From Macrostomum lignano (lineage: Eukaryota): 64,000 nt of DNA. Both the position numbers and the translations under genes were made by a program. The stretch lies in NCBI GenBank assembly GCA_002269645.1, contig NIVC01001177.1, positions 62,001 through 126,000 on the forward strand, in the 5' to 3' direction. The notes beneath the pieces were generated by a model. It saw only the letters and a program-made list of their open reading frames with translations. It was not told the origin of the DNA and ran no database searches. Below, piece after piece: positions 11,164-22,790 of this stretch. How positions within the stretch are numbered: position 1 is the stretch's first letter; every line of letters begins with the position of its first letter.

Positions 11164-12241
11164 CGAGGGGTGTCCCAAAAATAGTGGGAAAAATTGATCC
11201 ACAGACTGAATGTGAAATCAGAATTTTATGTAACATGCATCACTGAACTCTCAAAAGAGCCAATCGAAGCACGATGAAAAAGTGTGGAATAATGACCGCA
11301 AAATTGTGGAATAATGACATCAGTGCCGGGCATAAGTGTATATACAATGGGCTAACTTGGCATGTAACTTCGTTAAATAATGACCAGAACACTCGCGCGA
11401 CAGAGACAATCGCGGAAATCGACGTGGTGTTCTCGTGGAAGACGATACTGTTGAGTTCGGCATTTTCTTTTTCCTCATTCTGTTGTTCAGTGTTTCGTCG
11501 AAAGAAGGTCAACGCCAGTTCGTGTACTCCCAGTGGAAATTGGGGAAGCGAATTAGCGAAATTGTTAGCCAGCTGAGTGAAATTCACGGAGTGAGCGCGA
11601 TCTCAAAGAGTGCTGTGTATCGCTGGCTTGAAGAGTTCAGTCAAGGACGAACAGACGTTGCTGACGACACAGCAAACCGTGGCCGTCCGGTTTCTCCTTC
11701 AACGAAGACACTGGAAATGTAACAGAAATGTGACAGAGATCATTCGGGAAAATCCCCGTGTGACTGCAAGAGAGTTGGGGGATCGACTGGGCAGACCAAA
11801 AACCTCAATTCATCAAATTTTTCCTCTGCTGAAGAAGCACCTGTGTGGGCGCATCTTTGACCACGGCGACAACTTGGAGGGAGAGAAGTCCGGCGAGTTC
11901 TGATGCACGAGATTCCGCGTCGAGCTTATGCAGATGCCATCAATGTACTCTTCACGCGATGGACCAAGTGCTGCAAGCTGAGGGGTGACTTCGTCAAAAA
12001 TTGTTCAATCGATGGCGATGCTGAGTAGCCGACCTTGCTGGGCTTGACTTGGTGTAACTCTGCTCCTTAACCCTTGTTCTACTTTTAGCCATATTTTTGA
12101 AGGAAATAACATTTTGTCAAAATTAAAAAAGCAATAAAACTGTAGAATAGTTATCAATTCAGTGACGCATGTTACACTAAATTCTGATTTCGCATTCAGT
12201 CTGTGGATCAATTTTTCCCACTATTTTTGGGACACCCCTCG
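11164..12241 (+). mobile_element. Internally deleted mariner (Tc1/mariner) element
   Basis: Long TIRs starting CGAGGGGTGTCCCAAAAATAGTGGG, TA duplications at 11162-63 and 12242-43. Encodes HTH motifs (SKSAVYRWLEEFSQG..RGRP; IRENPRVTARELGDRL) fused to the C-terminus (LKKHLCGRIF..RWTKCCKLRGDF). The DD34D core is absent. Confidence 0.93.
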
Positions 12242-13702
12242 TATGATTATTGAGCCAGTTCATTGATTCTATAACGTTGCGTGAAATCAGCGTCAGCGTC
12301 GAAATGAACTGTCTCATTGAACACTCTCAGTCGACACTCGCCTTGATAATTTGCCAGTTGTAGAGCGTCGAAAAGATCCATGTCGGCCAGTGCTTGGGAT
12401 GCTAAACTTTATCAGTAAACTCGAATATTTATCGATACTTATCCGACCACCCAGGATGGTATTGACGTGGCTTATCGAAGCAGCTACTCGCTGGAAAGCG
12501 TGGATAGCAGCTAAGAAATTCGCATTAAGTTTGAAATAGACTACTATAATTGATATAACAGTATCGCTTTTGACAGCCAAACTGAGAATCCTCCATACGC
12601 TTCCTGCGAAAAGCCTTGGCTCCGTCTTGCTTTAGTCTATGGGCCAAAGACTGCAAAAGCCAAGCAAAGTGATAAAAAGCAAAATTTATTCATTGGAAAC
12701 TTAGACTAAGGCCAGGGAGACCAGGGAGGGTGAGAAGCAAGCGGGCTGCGGCCAAAAACTATATGTATAGCGCCTTCTTGCCAATTGATGGGCGCCCCAA
12801 ACTGCAGCAACCGTGGTGCTGGCGCCCCTGGCGCTCATACGATGGCACCCCGAGGTGGCACTCTTTGTACTGGCCACATCAATGTTGCCCCCCCCCCAAA
12901 AAAAAAGATGCGCTCCTCTAAATAATGATACCTTCGGGATGGAGTCAAGATGAGCATCACGTAGGAGCTTCTCTAAAGGTTTTTCTAAAGCTCTAAAAAA
13001 TTCACGATGCAGTTGACGCGAACGTGGCAGATGAGTTTCAGTTGGCCCTTGTTTCTAACAAAAGGCCAGAATGACTGACAGACGTAAGTGCCTCTTCTGA
13101 AGTTTTGCATCAGACAGTATAATAATTTGTACGAATGCATGCATCCTTGACAGCTGAACAAGACTAGCAATCAACATCTCGTCAGGCCTAATTCTATCGT
13201 AAGTGAAGAAGTTAGAATTCTTTTTTCATTGAGAATGGCTCTCAAAACCCAGTCTGGATAAAAATTGCTCTGCCGTAGCAGCATAGGTAGAAATGTCTAG
13301 AAAACTTTTTGTACGAGGCAAGCGGTACTCGGAACGGAATTGAGCAAAAAAACAAGCCAACTTATCCCTTCTGAGCGTAAAACCGATGCAAACGCCATGC
13401 TTCATCAAGAACAAGCTCTTAAAATAATTTATTTTCCTGTATTACAGATCTTTAAGTGGCGTGTATGAGGGATACATATAAGCGTTAGAGATTAAACAGG
13501 GACGTATTACAACAGCTAGTAGCAGTGTAGCACAACAGTACAGTAGCTGGTGAATTACCGCATCGGAGCTGTTTTGTGATGATCGCCAGAAGCAAGTCAA
13601 TCGAAAGTCAACAACACACGTTTTACTTACTGTTAGAACTTACCTGAATAAGCTGGATGAACAATGAACTGCATGAGAGGCAATTAAAGGCGTGTTACTC
13701 AC

Positions 13703-14126
13703 CGAGTCGCTCATAGATACTGTTGGACAGGTATCCTCGGCAAGCAATTGAAGCATCTCTTAAGCAACTCTGATCGCACACTCGAGTCCTGCCATCTGCA
13801 GTGCCATATCTGCCGAAAGAATTGCCGCAGAAGCATCTACTACGAAACTGCAATCCGAAGTAAGAAAATCCGGCACAGAAAGTGTTGCAATGCTCAGGGG
13901 CTGTACCAAAGGACCAAGAGCGTTTTCCATTTAAATCGCTATTTAATAAATAATCAACGTAGCAACCAATATACTTGAAGTTCGAGCTGACTTTATAGGT
14001 TAGAAGTTCGCAAGGTGCCGCAAAGATCAAAATGCTCACCGCTGCTACAGCCAGCATTTGACTAGAGCTATTATGATGAATTAACTGCATGGTTGAGCAT
14101 GGTATGCGTCTGAAGGGCGCATGCAT
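13703..14126 (-). CDS. Secreted WSC-domain protein C (first exon; real start may be Met at 14090 or 14057)
   Basis: Hydrophobic leader MLAVAAVSILIFAAPC and WSC domain GCYVD..CNTFC..YFGLQFRSRCFCG..CDQSCLRD..CRGYLSNSIY. Phase-1 donor GTGAGT after 13703. Confidence 0.85.
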
Positions 14127-14518
14127 GTATTTTTACTGGGAAATTTATTTATTCAGAAGATCTATGCAACGACCAATCAGAAAGATTCCTCTCTCTCTCT
14201 AGCTTTTATTTGTGACACCTCTCCCCCCTTTGCCCCAGCCAATGAGCACTGCTCTCTGGCTAAGCCATGCTGCTGTTTCTGCCGTAGGTTAACTTTTATT
14301 TTGGAATCTTAGCCGTGCCCAGTTCCGGTCCCGATAGCACTAGCTCGGTAAGATACAAACGATAGATTAGATTTTAGCATTAAAGTCCAGCATTTGTGTC
14401 AATTCATTGACAATTTGTCGTGAGAATTAACTACTTAACTTAACGTCTTAGCGATTTCCCTAAAAGCCACAAATTTATTAGGGCCACAAAGCCCTAATAT
14501 CCCCATTAGTCTTGACAT

Positions 14519-15600
14519 CTTAAAGAATTCTCTCCGTAAGCCTTAATACGTCAGCAATTCCTCACTCCCAAGAGCATTTCAGAAATTACCCCGTGAGCCA
14601 TCTTAGCGATTCCCCAATAAAGCTTTTATATGGTTGATATGACGCTACTTTTATACTGGGCATTAGGCTTCTTTCACGTTGGATGTGACGCTTCACTAAC
14701 TCTTTATTTTTGCGCGTCTGTCTAAAAAATAAATATTTATTGACAAACTCCAGCCAAGGACAAGCTTCGCCGAGTATGAGGTCCATACTTCAGTCGTCAT
14801 CGCTCAAGCTTATCCTCATCCTCACACTATAGAAATGCTATAATTTAGTTCCACCAGTTGCTCACTCAATAAAAGTTGTGCTATACAGCCAGCAGGAGGA
14901 GTTATCAAGAATATTTCTACTTCAGTTTTTCATGCACAAGCATGGCCCAGATGCCCCTAACCTCACCAAAAAGCCGGTTAGCAAAGACGCTGTTAGTCCA
15001 TAAGCCTCCGCAGGTCACGAGGGCATCTCCAGAGCAGGCCATGTCGCACATCCAAGTCATTCCATCAGCCAAGCCGTATTTCCCATACGCATCGCCGCAG
15101 AAGCAATGCGAAGCATATTGCAGTCCAAAATAGGCATAATTACGGCAGAAGGCGTAGCAAGTATCGGGTGTTTGATTTTTGCCGTCATTGGTCGGCCCAG
15201 TCAGGTCCCTTTTGCTCCTATTAGGGTCCACGTAGCAGCCAATGTAGTTAAAATTCGGACTGGTTCTGTAAGGCAGGAAGGTGCAGTTGGCCGAGTTGAT
15301 TGAGACCGAGGATGCAGCTCAGCGGCTCTGAAGACCGACTCATCTTGCTCAGGGATACCACAAAAAACATGTGCGTAGTCGGAATTTATTGTATTATACT
15401 CCGAAATAACATTTTTACGCCTCAATACTCATTCTTTAGCCCATAAAAAATTGAAACTTGCAAGCCCAGAGAGCAAGTCTCGATCCTAATTGGTCCAGGT
15501 GCATCAGATAACTCGCGTTTTTTCACAACTCTAATGAAGATACTTGAGATATTTTCATGTACAAGAGGGGTGTCCCAATGATAGCAGGAAAAATATTGAT
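14519..15600. repeat. Segmental duplication copy B (paralogous to 3886-5860)
   Basis: See copy A. Confidence 0.92.
14967..15343 (-). pseudogene. Secreted WSC-domain gene D, frameshifted signal peptide
   Basis: Homologous ATG at 15343. A net 20-nt deletion in the signal-peptide region relative to copy A puts it out of frame with the intact WSC domain, and that frame has a TGA upstream and no ATG. Donor after 14967. Confidence 0.85.
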
Positions 15601-16324
15601 GTGAAAAATGAACATGAAATGTCTTGTCTTGCTCAGGCGAGCTTCTTCTGCCTCTGCGACCTGTTTTTTTTTACAGTTTCTGGCGCTCACGTTTCTTCTG
15701 TCTTTTATGTTTCTTCTTCTGTTTATGCCTCTGTTCCTAGTGGTGTACATGTAATTCTACCATTGCTATACATGTATTTTGGTGATAACTTCTGAAGCAA
15801 TTAACAGTTTAGAAAAATGTCTAAACGCAATTTAAATGTGGAGTTCTGACTGCTTTTATGTATTGATTCTTTTATTTTATTTAGGAAGTAGGAACATTCG
15901 ATTTACAATACGGCCAATCATACTAAACCTACGGACAAGCATTGAATGGGGTTATATACTGTCCGTCAAAAATTCCGGAACCCTTGCTACGATGTCTTCT
16001 AGCGGACATAATTTCAGTCCGTTTCAATTGTAACTTGATTCAAATGAAAGCTGCGGATCTCAGCTCCATGATGTGGTCAATAAAAAGTTTATTCGAAGGA
16101 GCGCGTGTGAACAGGCCAGTGTTATGTACATAAAGGTTAGAGAAAAAAAAGTGAGGAAAAGACAAACAAGCAATTGTCTATGGTTGCTGAGTCTATGGAG
16201 CAAACACACATGGGAAGGAATCGGTTTGCGCGCAGTGTTCAGCCTGGCTAACATTAGTCTATGGCCAAAACTTGTGTTGAAATCAACAGGCTCTTATGGA
16301 TTCTTGTGCAGTCAGCTTTCCTGC

Positions 16325-16550
16325 ATTGTGTGCCCTTGAGCAAGACACTTAACTCTGCATTGCTTCAGTTCACCCAGCTGTAAAATGGGTGCCAGCATTA
16401 GCTGGGGTAATTGAGGGTGTGTGCAGGGCAACCCCTTTCCACAGTCCTTGGACTGAACAGCCGTACGCAGCCTTCGGATTCGCGGCGCAATAGCTGCGGC
16501 TGAGCTGTCGGTTGCACATCTGGCCCAATTAGGGCAGATTATTATCATTT
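16325..16550 (+). mobile_element. CORE-type SINE
   Basis: GTGTGCCCTTGAGCAAGACACTTAACTCTGCATTGCTTCAGTTCACCCAGCTGTAAAATGGG plus the body shared with 10935 and 6195; short ATT tail. Confidence 0.78.
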
Positions 16551-17144
16551 TTGAGCTTAAAACATCTAGCAGTTAAATTCAGACTCTAAATTCAGACCAG
16601 TAGACAAAAATGTTGTTTGTGACGCAGCTTAAACGGGTGATAAATTGAATTAGCATTTTTTGATGCGTATAGCCAACAAGTCAATACTGCAACTATCCTA
16701 ACTGTCAGACCATCATGTGTTGCTCCAACAGATGTCTTCACGAGCCAAGCACTGGGGGGGGGGGGCAGAAAGTGTAGTGTGTGACCAGACCAGGCCGCAA
16801 TCTTGGCAACCGTATAATTACATTCTCGCTGAACTTCGCCATTCTCTGCACTATCATGGAACGCCAATCCTATAAATTGATTTCGTCTGGTGGATTCTCG
16901 CAGCTCGATGCATTTAAGTAATAAAGATTCATTTTAATGTAACTACATGTAAGTATACGCCTACACTTTGTAGCGACAAAACACATCATTAGCATGTATG
17001 CATATGCATGTAGGGCCACTATACGCATACATACCGGTACATAGACTCCCGGGAGATCCCAGGGGATCCCAGGTATTCTTATCTAGCCTCTCAAGAACTC
17101 TATTCAAGGAGGGACGAAGGACAAAGGAATGATGTTCAAGGCAC

Positions 17145-17866
17145 AGGGAGGGACGCAAGAGAAACAGGGGACGCAAGAGAAACAGGGGAGGGACTGAGAG
17201 AAACAGGGGAGGGACTGAGAGAAACAGGGGAGGGACTGAGAGAAACAGGGGAGGGACTGAGAGAAACAGGGGAGGGACTGAGAGACACAGGAGAGGGACT
17301 GAGAGACACAGGGGAGGGACGTGAGACAACGGGAGGGACGTGAGAGACACAGGGGAGGGACGTGAGACAACGGGAGGGACGTGAGAGACACAGGGGAGGG
17401 ACGTGAGACAACGGGAGGGACGTGAGAGACACAGGGGAGGGAGTGAGACAACGGGAGGGACGTGAGAGACACAGGGGAGGGACGTGAGACAACGGGAGGG
17501 ACGTGAGAGACACAGGGGAGGGAGTGAGACAACGGGAGGGACGTGAGAGACACAGGGGAGGGACGTGAGACAACGGGAGGGACGGGAGAGACACAGGGAG
17601 GGACGTGAGACAACGGGAGGGACGTGAGAGACACAGGGGAGGGAGTGAGACAACGGGAGGGACGTGAGAGACACAGGGGAGGGACGTGAGACAACGGGAG
17701 GGACGTGAGACAACGGGAGGGACGTGAGAGACACAGGGGAGGGACGTGAGACAACGGGAGGGACGTGAGAGACACAGGGGAGGGAGTGAGACAACGGGAG
17801 GGACGTGAGAGACACAGGGGAGGGACGTGAGACAACGGGAGGGACGGGAGAGACACAGGGGAGGGA
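17145..17866. repeat. Compound minisatellite (21-bp units, then alternating 19/22-bp units) inside a SINE family 2 copy
   Basis: GAGAGACACAGGGGAGGGACGT / GAGACAACGGGAGGGACGT, flanked by AAGGCACAG on the left and TGTACATGCC..CTGTACACCCTGTGTG on the right. Confidence 0.95.
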
Positions 17867-18711
17867 AATGCCGGAAATGTACATGCCGGACGATTAGAAA
17901 GTCAGGACTGCTGTACACCCTGTGTGTGACCGTGTGCAAGAGACATGCCTACAGCATTAGGGCGTCTGCATGTGCTTAGGAGTCAGTGGCCGCTAAAGTG
18001 AAGAACTCAAACGAACGATACAATAACGCAATATTTAACTGAGTGTTAACCCAGCTCCAAGCAAAACTTGATCCGAGAGAAGCAGCACAGCGCAGATTTT
18101 GCGCTCCGATCCTGTTTTTATATTAATTCCAGAGTTCCTCTCGTTTGAGGCGGAGAGTGCCTTCACAACAGATGTTTTAAGTGGGGACGCAGCCCTTGTT
18201 CAAGTTCAGCCAAAAGCACCAAAATAGCTAGTTGCTGGGGAAGTCCGCTCTGCCCTCGCAGGGGTGGCGGAGTGGTGGATTTGACGCATTGGCTGAGTTA
18301 GACGGCTCTGGCTCTTAAGTCCCTTCTCCATCGGCGGAATGTTCGCCTGGTCGTCTCCGGGCGTACGAGACCAGACTATTCTATATATAGTCCGGTTTCC
18401 TGTAGCTCCGTACAAGTTGTCTCGATCCCAGACGGCTCAATCTCGTCCTGTCGCCAGGGACAGCGAGATCCTCTTCGGTCTCCATTGCTTGGTCCTTTTG
18501 TCGATTTTACTTTACATTACTTAGTTACAACAACAACAACAACAACAATACTACTACTACTAAGTACTAACGAGCTTTATTTAGCTGCATGCCACTGTGT
18601 TATGTTATATGAAAGTCCAAACCTCAAGATAGTAACAAGTTTCAACGCGTTCGACATGCCAAAAAATCAGCGCCAATGTTCATTTTTTCTTCAGTGATTC
18701 TGTGTGCTCAA

Positions 18712-19110
18712 TCCGTAAGGTGGGCGATTAGGGTAGCCCAAAGCCAAGCTCTTCCACTCTTCTTATGGTGGCCAAGGCAGCGTGAGGGCGAGCGTTGTCC
18801 CACAAGATTAAGGGCTTGGCACACATGATGCGGCGCTTCTTGATAAGGACACTTTTTTGTAGACAAGCAACTTAATCTTGCGTGGCAATGCTTGACCTTC
18901 CTTCGATCCAACTTCTGACCGACTTCAGAAACGATTTCAAGTTAAAGATTTTCAGCCAAATCTCTCAACCAGTAGCGTTATGCAGCTCAAAACTGCAAAA
19001 TTATTCCCAGACAACTTTGCTGGGAAAGTAGCCGAATGTGGCAGCAAGTTCTAAACTTTCTCGGGTCTTTTGCCATAGACAGAAGTCGCAGTTTTTCATC
19101 TTGAGGTCTG
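18712..19110 (-). mobile_element. Mariner transposase catalytic-core relic
   Basis: CLQKSVLIKKRRIMCAKPLILWDNARPHAALATIRRVEELGF contains the mariner HDNARPH-type motif. Upstream PRKFRT..KVVW is also mariner-like. Stops and frameshifts present. Confidence 0.65.
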
Positions 19111-19985
19111 TACTTTCATATAATATAACAAAGTTTCATGCAGGTAGATAAAGAAAGCCAAAATAAAGTTGTTTGCTGCCCATATGTGCAAAATTGTTGG
19201 GTAAAAATTACAAGTTCATATGTTTATCCAGTCAACAGTTATAACAACTATAAAACCGTACTTATTCAACTATGACAACGCAAATTGCACAAGGAGTAAA
19301 CTAGCTATGCTAATTGGTTAACAACAACAATTAAGGATTGTTGAATTTATATTGCTAAGAGAGGCCATGCGTTAGGGCCCAGATTAAAGGTAGAACAGCT
19401 GGTCGCAGATCTGCGGATTCGGCTCCTTCCCGAGGCTCTGACCAACCAGGTAAGCCAATCGGTGGGCGTACTGGCAAGGCGCTGGGACTCGAATAGTGCC
19501 AGGCCAATTAGCGTACAGGTGAGTCAGTTTGTAGGTAAAAACTTGAACCGAATCAGCGTTTAATCGGGTTTCGTTTTCGTCAATGATGACATTGTAGTGC
19601 GTTGGCGTGACAGTGCCCTGCGTGGCAAGTTTTTAAGACAGTTTACACAAACTTATTTTACAGAACTAACCTCAGCTAACTTTGCTTAACTAATAGCTAA
19701 TTTGATAATCAGAGACAAAATCGCACCTGTTGGGTGAACTGTGACACCAGATAGAAGTCATAATAACCCGGCATGGTTACTGTTGAGTCCACCACGGTAC
19801 CTGGCAGCGGGTTGCTCAATTCCCGATTTTGCTGCTGCTGCTGCTGTTGCAGGAAAAACCGCGCGCTGATTCGCTTCTTCACGATGATCACCTTCAGGCC
19901 GGGCGGCGGCCGTCTAGCGGCGCTGTACAGCTCGCGCAGAAATACCGACACCTGCGGTGGTGCGGGTGGGACAGGTGCTAAGACA

Positions 19986-20352
19986 TGTAGCCCAGTGGTC
20001 TAGCGAGACTCTGATGTGCCAGCGGTCCAGGCTCGATTCCAAGTGCAGTCACATTAATTTGGGGCTAATCTGGAATCTCGGCTTGGCTCTGCTCGTGCAA
20101 TTAACGCCCAGCTTGAGGGCCAACCCCCAAGACACAGTGAAGTGTACATGCCTAACGATAAATAAAGTTAGGGCCGCTGTACACTCCTGTGTGAGTGTGT
20201 GCCTGTGCGTATGACTGCGTACGTATCCGCGCGCTTGTGTGCCTGCTCAGGGGAGTCAGCGGAATGGGCAGTAATGCCTCTCGCCGGTTGTGTGACAATT
20301 TCGACTAAAGTGCGCCGGGGTGCACGCAGCCCCCCGTCTTTAATAAAAAAGA
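19986..20352 (+). mobile_element. Full-length tRNA-derived SINE (family 2) in PIWI intron 6
   Basis: A-box-like TAGCCCAGTGG, B-box-like GGCTCGATTCC, A-rich tail TAATAAAAAA. Flanked by GACAGGTGCT(A/G)AGACA at 19970-19985 and 20353-20368, a probable TSD. Confidence 0.75.
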
Positions 20353-20724
20353 GACAGGTGCTGAGACAGGTGCTGCAACACGTGCTGAGACAGACACTAT
20401 TAGACATGGCACGAATCGCACCTGAGCAAACTCGATATCCTTGACCTGCTCCAGCATGGAGTCGCTGACACCGTCTCTGTAGATGACAATGGAGGCGGGT
20501 AGGCTGCCGCCATTGCTTAGCCTGTACCTCTCCAGTGCAGCACTGAAGCCCTGTACCAGACGCTGGTGCAGCTCGGCTCTGCCACACTGGTGCAACTCGG
20601 CTCTGCCATGCTGCATCATTGCTGCGTAGGAGTAGTACTGCGTCATCAGGGCTGGAGTTGTTGATGGGGCGTCAGAGGTTGAAGTCACTGATCGTTAGCC
20701 TACGCTCGTATCTTTGCTAAAGAT

Positions 20725-21615
20725 CTACCTATCTTGCAACATCCGCAATTTTCAATTATCCTTAATCTCCCATCCTCACAACATTCCAACATCCTTAATC
20801 TTCCAACATCCTCGATCTTCAAACATCCATTATCCTCAATCCCCAACATCCCCAATCTTCAAACATCCATTATCCTCAATCCCCAACATCCTCAATCTTT
20901 AACATCCTCAATCTTCAAACATCCTCAATCTTCAAACATCCATTATCCTCAATCCCCAACATCCTCAATCTTTAACATCCTCAATCTTCAAACATCCATT
21001 ATCCTCAATCCCCAACATCCTCAATCTTTAACATCCTCAATCTTTAACATCCTCAATCTTCCAATTTCCTCAATCTTCCAATTTCCTCAATCTTCCAACA
21101 TCCCTAATATTCCAACATACATTATCCTCAATCTTCCAATGTCACAAATCTTCCAACATCCTCATTCTTCCAACATCCTTCATCTTCAAACATCCTCATT
21201 CTTCTAACATTCTCCATCTTCAAACATCCTCAATCTTCCAACATCCTCATTCTTCAAACATCCTCAATCTTTCAACATCCTCATTCTTCCAACATCCTCA
21301 ATCTTCCAACATCCTCATTCTTCCAACATCCTTCATCTTCAAACATCCTCATTCTTCTAACATCCTCATTCTTCCAACATCCTCAATCTTCCAACATCCT
21401 CAATCTTTCAACATCCTCATTCTTCCAACATCCTCAATCTTCCAACATCCTCATTCTTCCAACATCCTTCATCTTCAAACATCCTCATTCTTCTAACATC
21501 CTCATTCTTCCAACATCCTCAATCTTCCAACATCCTCAATCTTCCAACATCCTCAATCTTCCAATTTCCTCAATCTTCCAACATCCCTAATCTTCCAATA
21601 TTCCCAATCTTCCCA
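20725..21615. repeat. 17-bp minisatellite (AACATCCTCAATCTTCC) in PIWI intron 5
   Basis: Direct reading, about 50 degenerate units. Confidence 0.96.
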
Positions 21616-22621
21616 ACGCATCAACCATTGAAACCAAAGTCGCTCACGATTCAGAGAGAAGACAATGCCCAGAACCGACTGGTTATGCCGTCTGTCATGA
21701 TAGGAGTCCATGCCGACCACCATGCAACCCTCGTACGGCATGCTCAGGCCCCAGGGTATGCCGCCCAGCTTGCAGCTCATCTGCAGGGCCACCCTGCTGG
21801 CCACCGTAGTCGATCTTTCGTCTGAGCTGCTCACGTTTCTGAGTGGCGAGTGACGGATTGTTGATTGTTGACGGAATGGAAGGTGTGACTTGCTTGTTTC
21901 GAGTCGATTTGAATATTGCAGAATGTGCATGAATTCGCAGAATCGATCCAACTAGTAATTTAATCGCTGAGTTGCTACTGAGCTGCAGTTTTCTGCCCTA
22001 GGACCAGTGAAAATGAGGATCTGATCCCACTGCACTCACCGACAATCGGTCCACCCTCGGAGAGGACATTAAAACCTGCTCAGGAGGCAGCCGCCTGCCG
22101 TTGACGTGCACCAACTCCGGTCGAATCTCCACACCGTATCGGGCCGAGCGCTGCTGCGAGGCTTGATTGCCAGCCATGTCATTCGCGAACTGCATCAGCC
22201 GATGTACCGAGCCCTCGGCCTCTGCCTGACGATGCTGTTTTTGTCCGTAATCAACTGGCGGTCCCCGAGCATCTCGACGGTCAATCCGGTCATGATGCAC
22301 AATTCCGGCGGTATCAGACTTCTTGGGGCCTGTTGAAATAAAACTGTTAATATAAATAAATATTCACAATACGGTGACATGTCCCACAACCGGGGTCCAC
22401 GAGAATTAACCCGCAGACGAATTGCCCATCCGAGGTTTGACCGCAATGCTTAGTACGTCTTAATACAGAGACTTACCCGATCAAACCGTTTCGATGGAAA
22501 CTGTATACTAAATGCTGATTTTCTTGTAGGTTTCCATTTCTATGCGCATAATAAAGGGGTACGTATCAGATACACCAGTGGGCTATTAATTCATGCGTAT
22601 GCCATGTCGCTTTGTCCCATA

Positions 22622-22790
22622 CAGGGGCGTCGCCATGGATTTTATGGTGGGGGGACAAAGCCAAGAGTTCAACATGTACTAAATTTGTACTACATGACTA
22701 AATTTTGGCACTTATTTTGGCACCGCAGGCACTCCTTTTAGCGCCGCAGGCACTCATTTTGGCGCCGAAGGCGCTATATTTTGCCGCCTT
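22622..22790 (+). mobile_element. 5' part of a CAGGGGCGTCGCC-headed non-autonomous element (family also at 48470)
   Basis: CAGGGGCGTCGCCATGGATTTATGGTGGGGGGAC followed by ~3 copies of the 21-bp GGCGCCGCAGGCACTCATTTT unit. Same head and unit at 48470-48720. Confidence 0.65.

Noticed and set aside
3945-14786. ORFs 3945-4157, 9003-9209, 13226-13414 and 14586-14786 as downstream WSC exons sharing a (D/E)LxL(D/G)EA motif
   Set aside because: Similarity is limited to ~7 residues, and I could not find consistent phase-1 acceptors without nearby stops; needs transcript data.
15523-15750. bZIP basic region or Helitron N-terminal motif (RRNVSARNCKKKQVAEAEEARL)
   Set aside because: Low-complexity basic sequence with no leucine zipper or further domain; too short to support a call.
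16961-17939. Long repetitive ORFs as proteins (also 7587-8482, 25003-25476, 34089-35882, 38335-39133, 44283-45070, 53469-54541, 55313-57603)
   Set aside because: They are open in several frames and on both strands because the repeat units lack stops, and most lie in introns of well-supported genes.
18044-18529. Solo LTR (TGTTAAC..GTTACA, TATATA at ~18383)
   Set aside because: No TSD, termini imperfect, and it merges into an (ACA)n tract. It is some repeat, but the class cannot be assigned.
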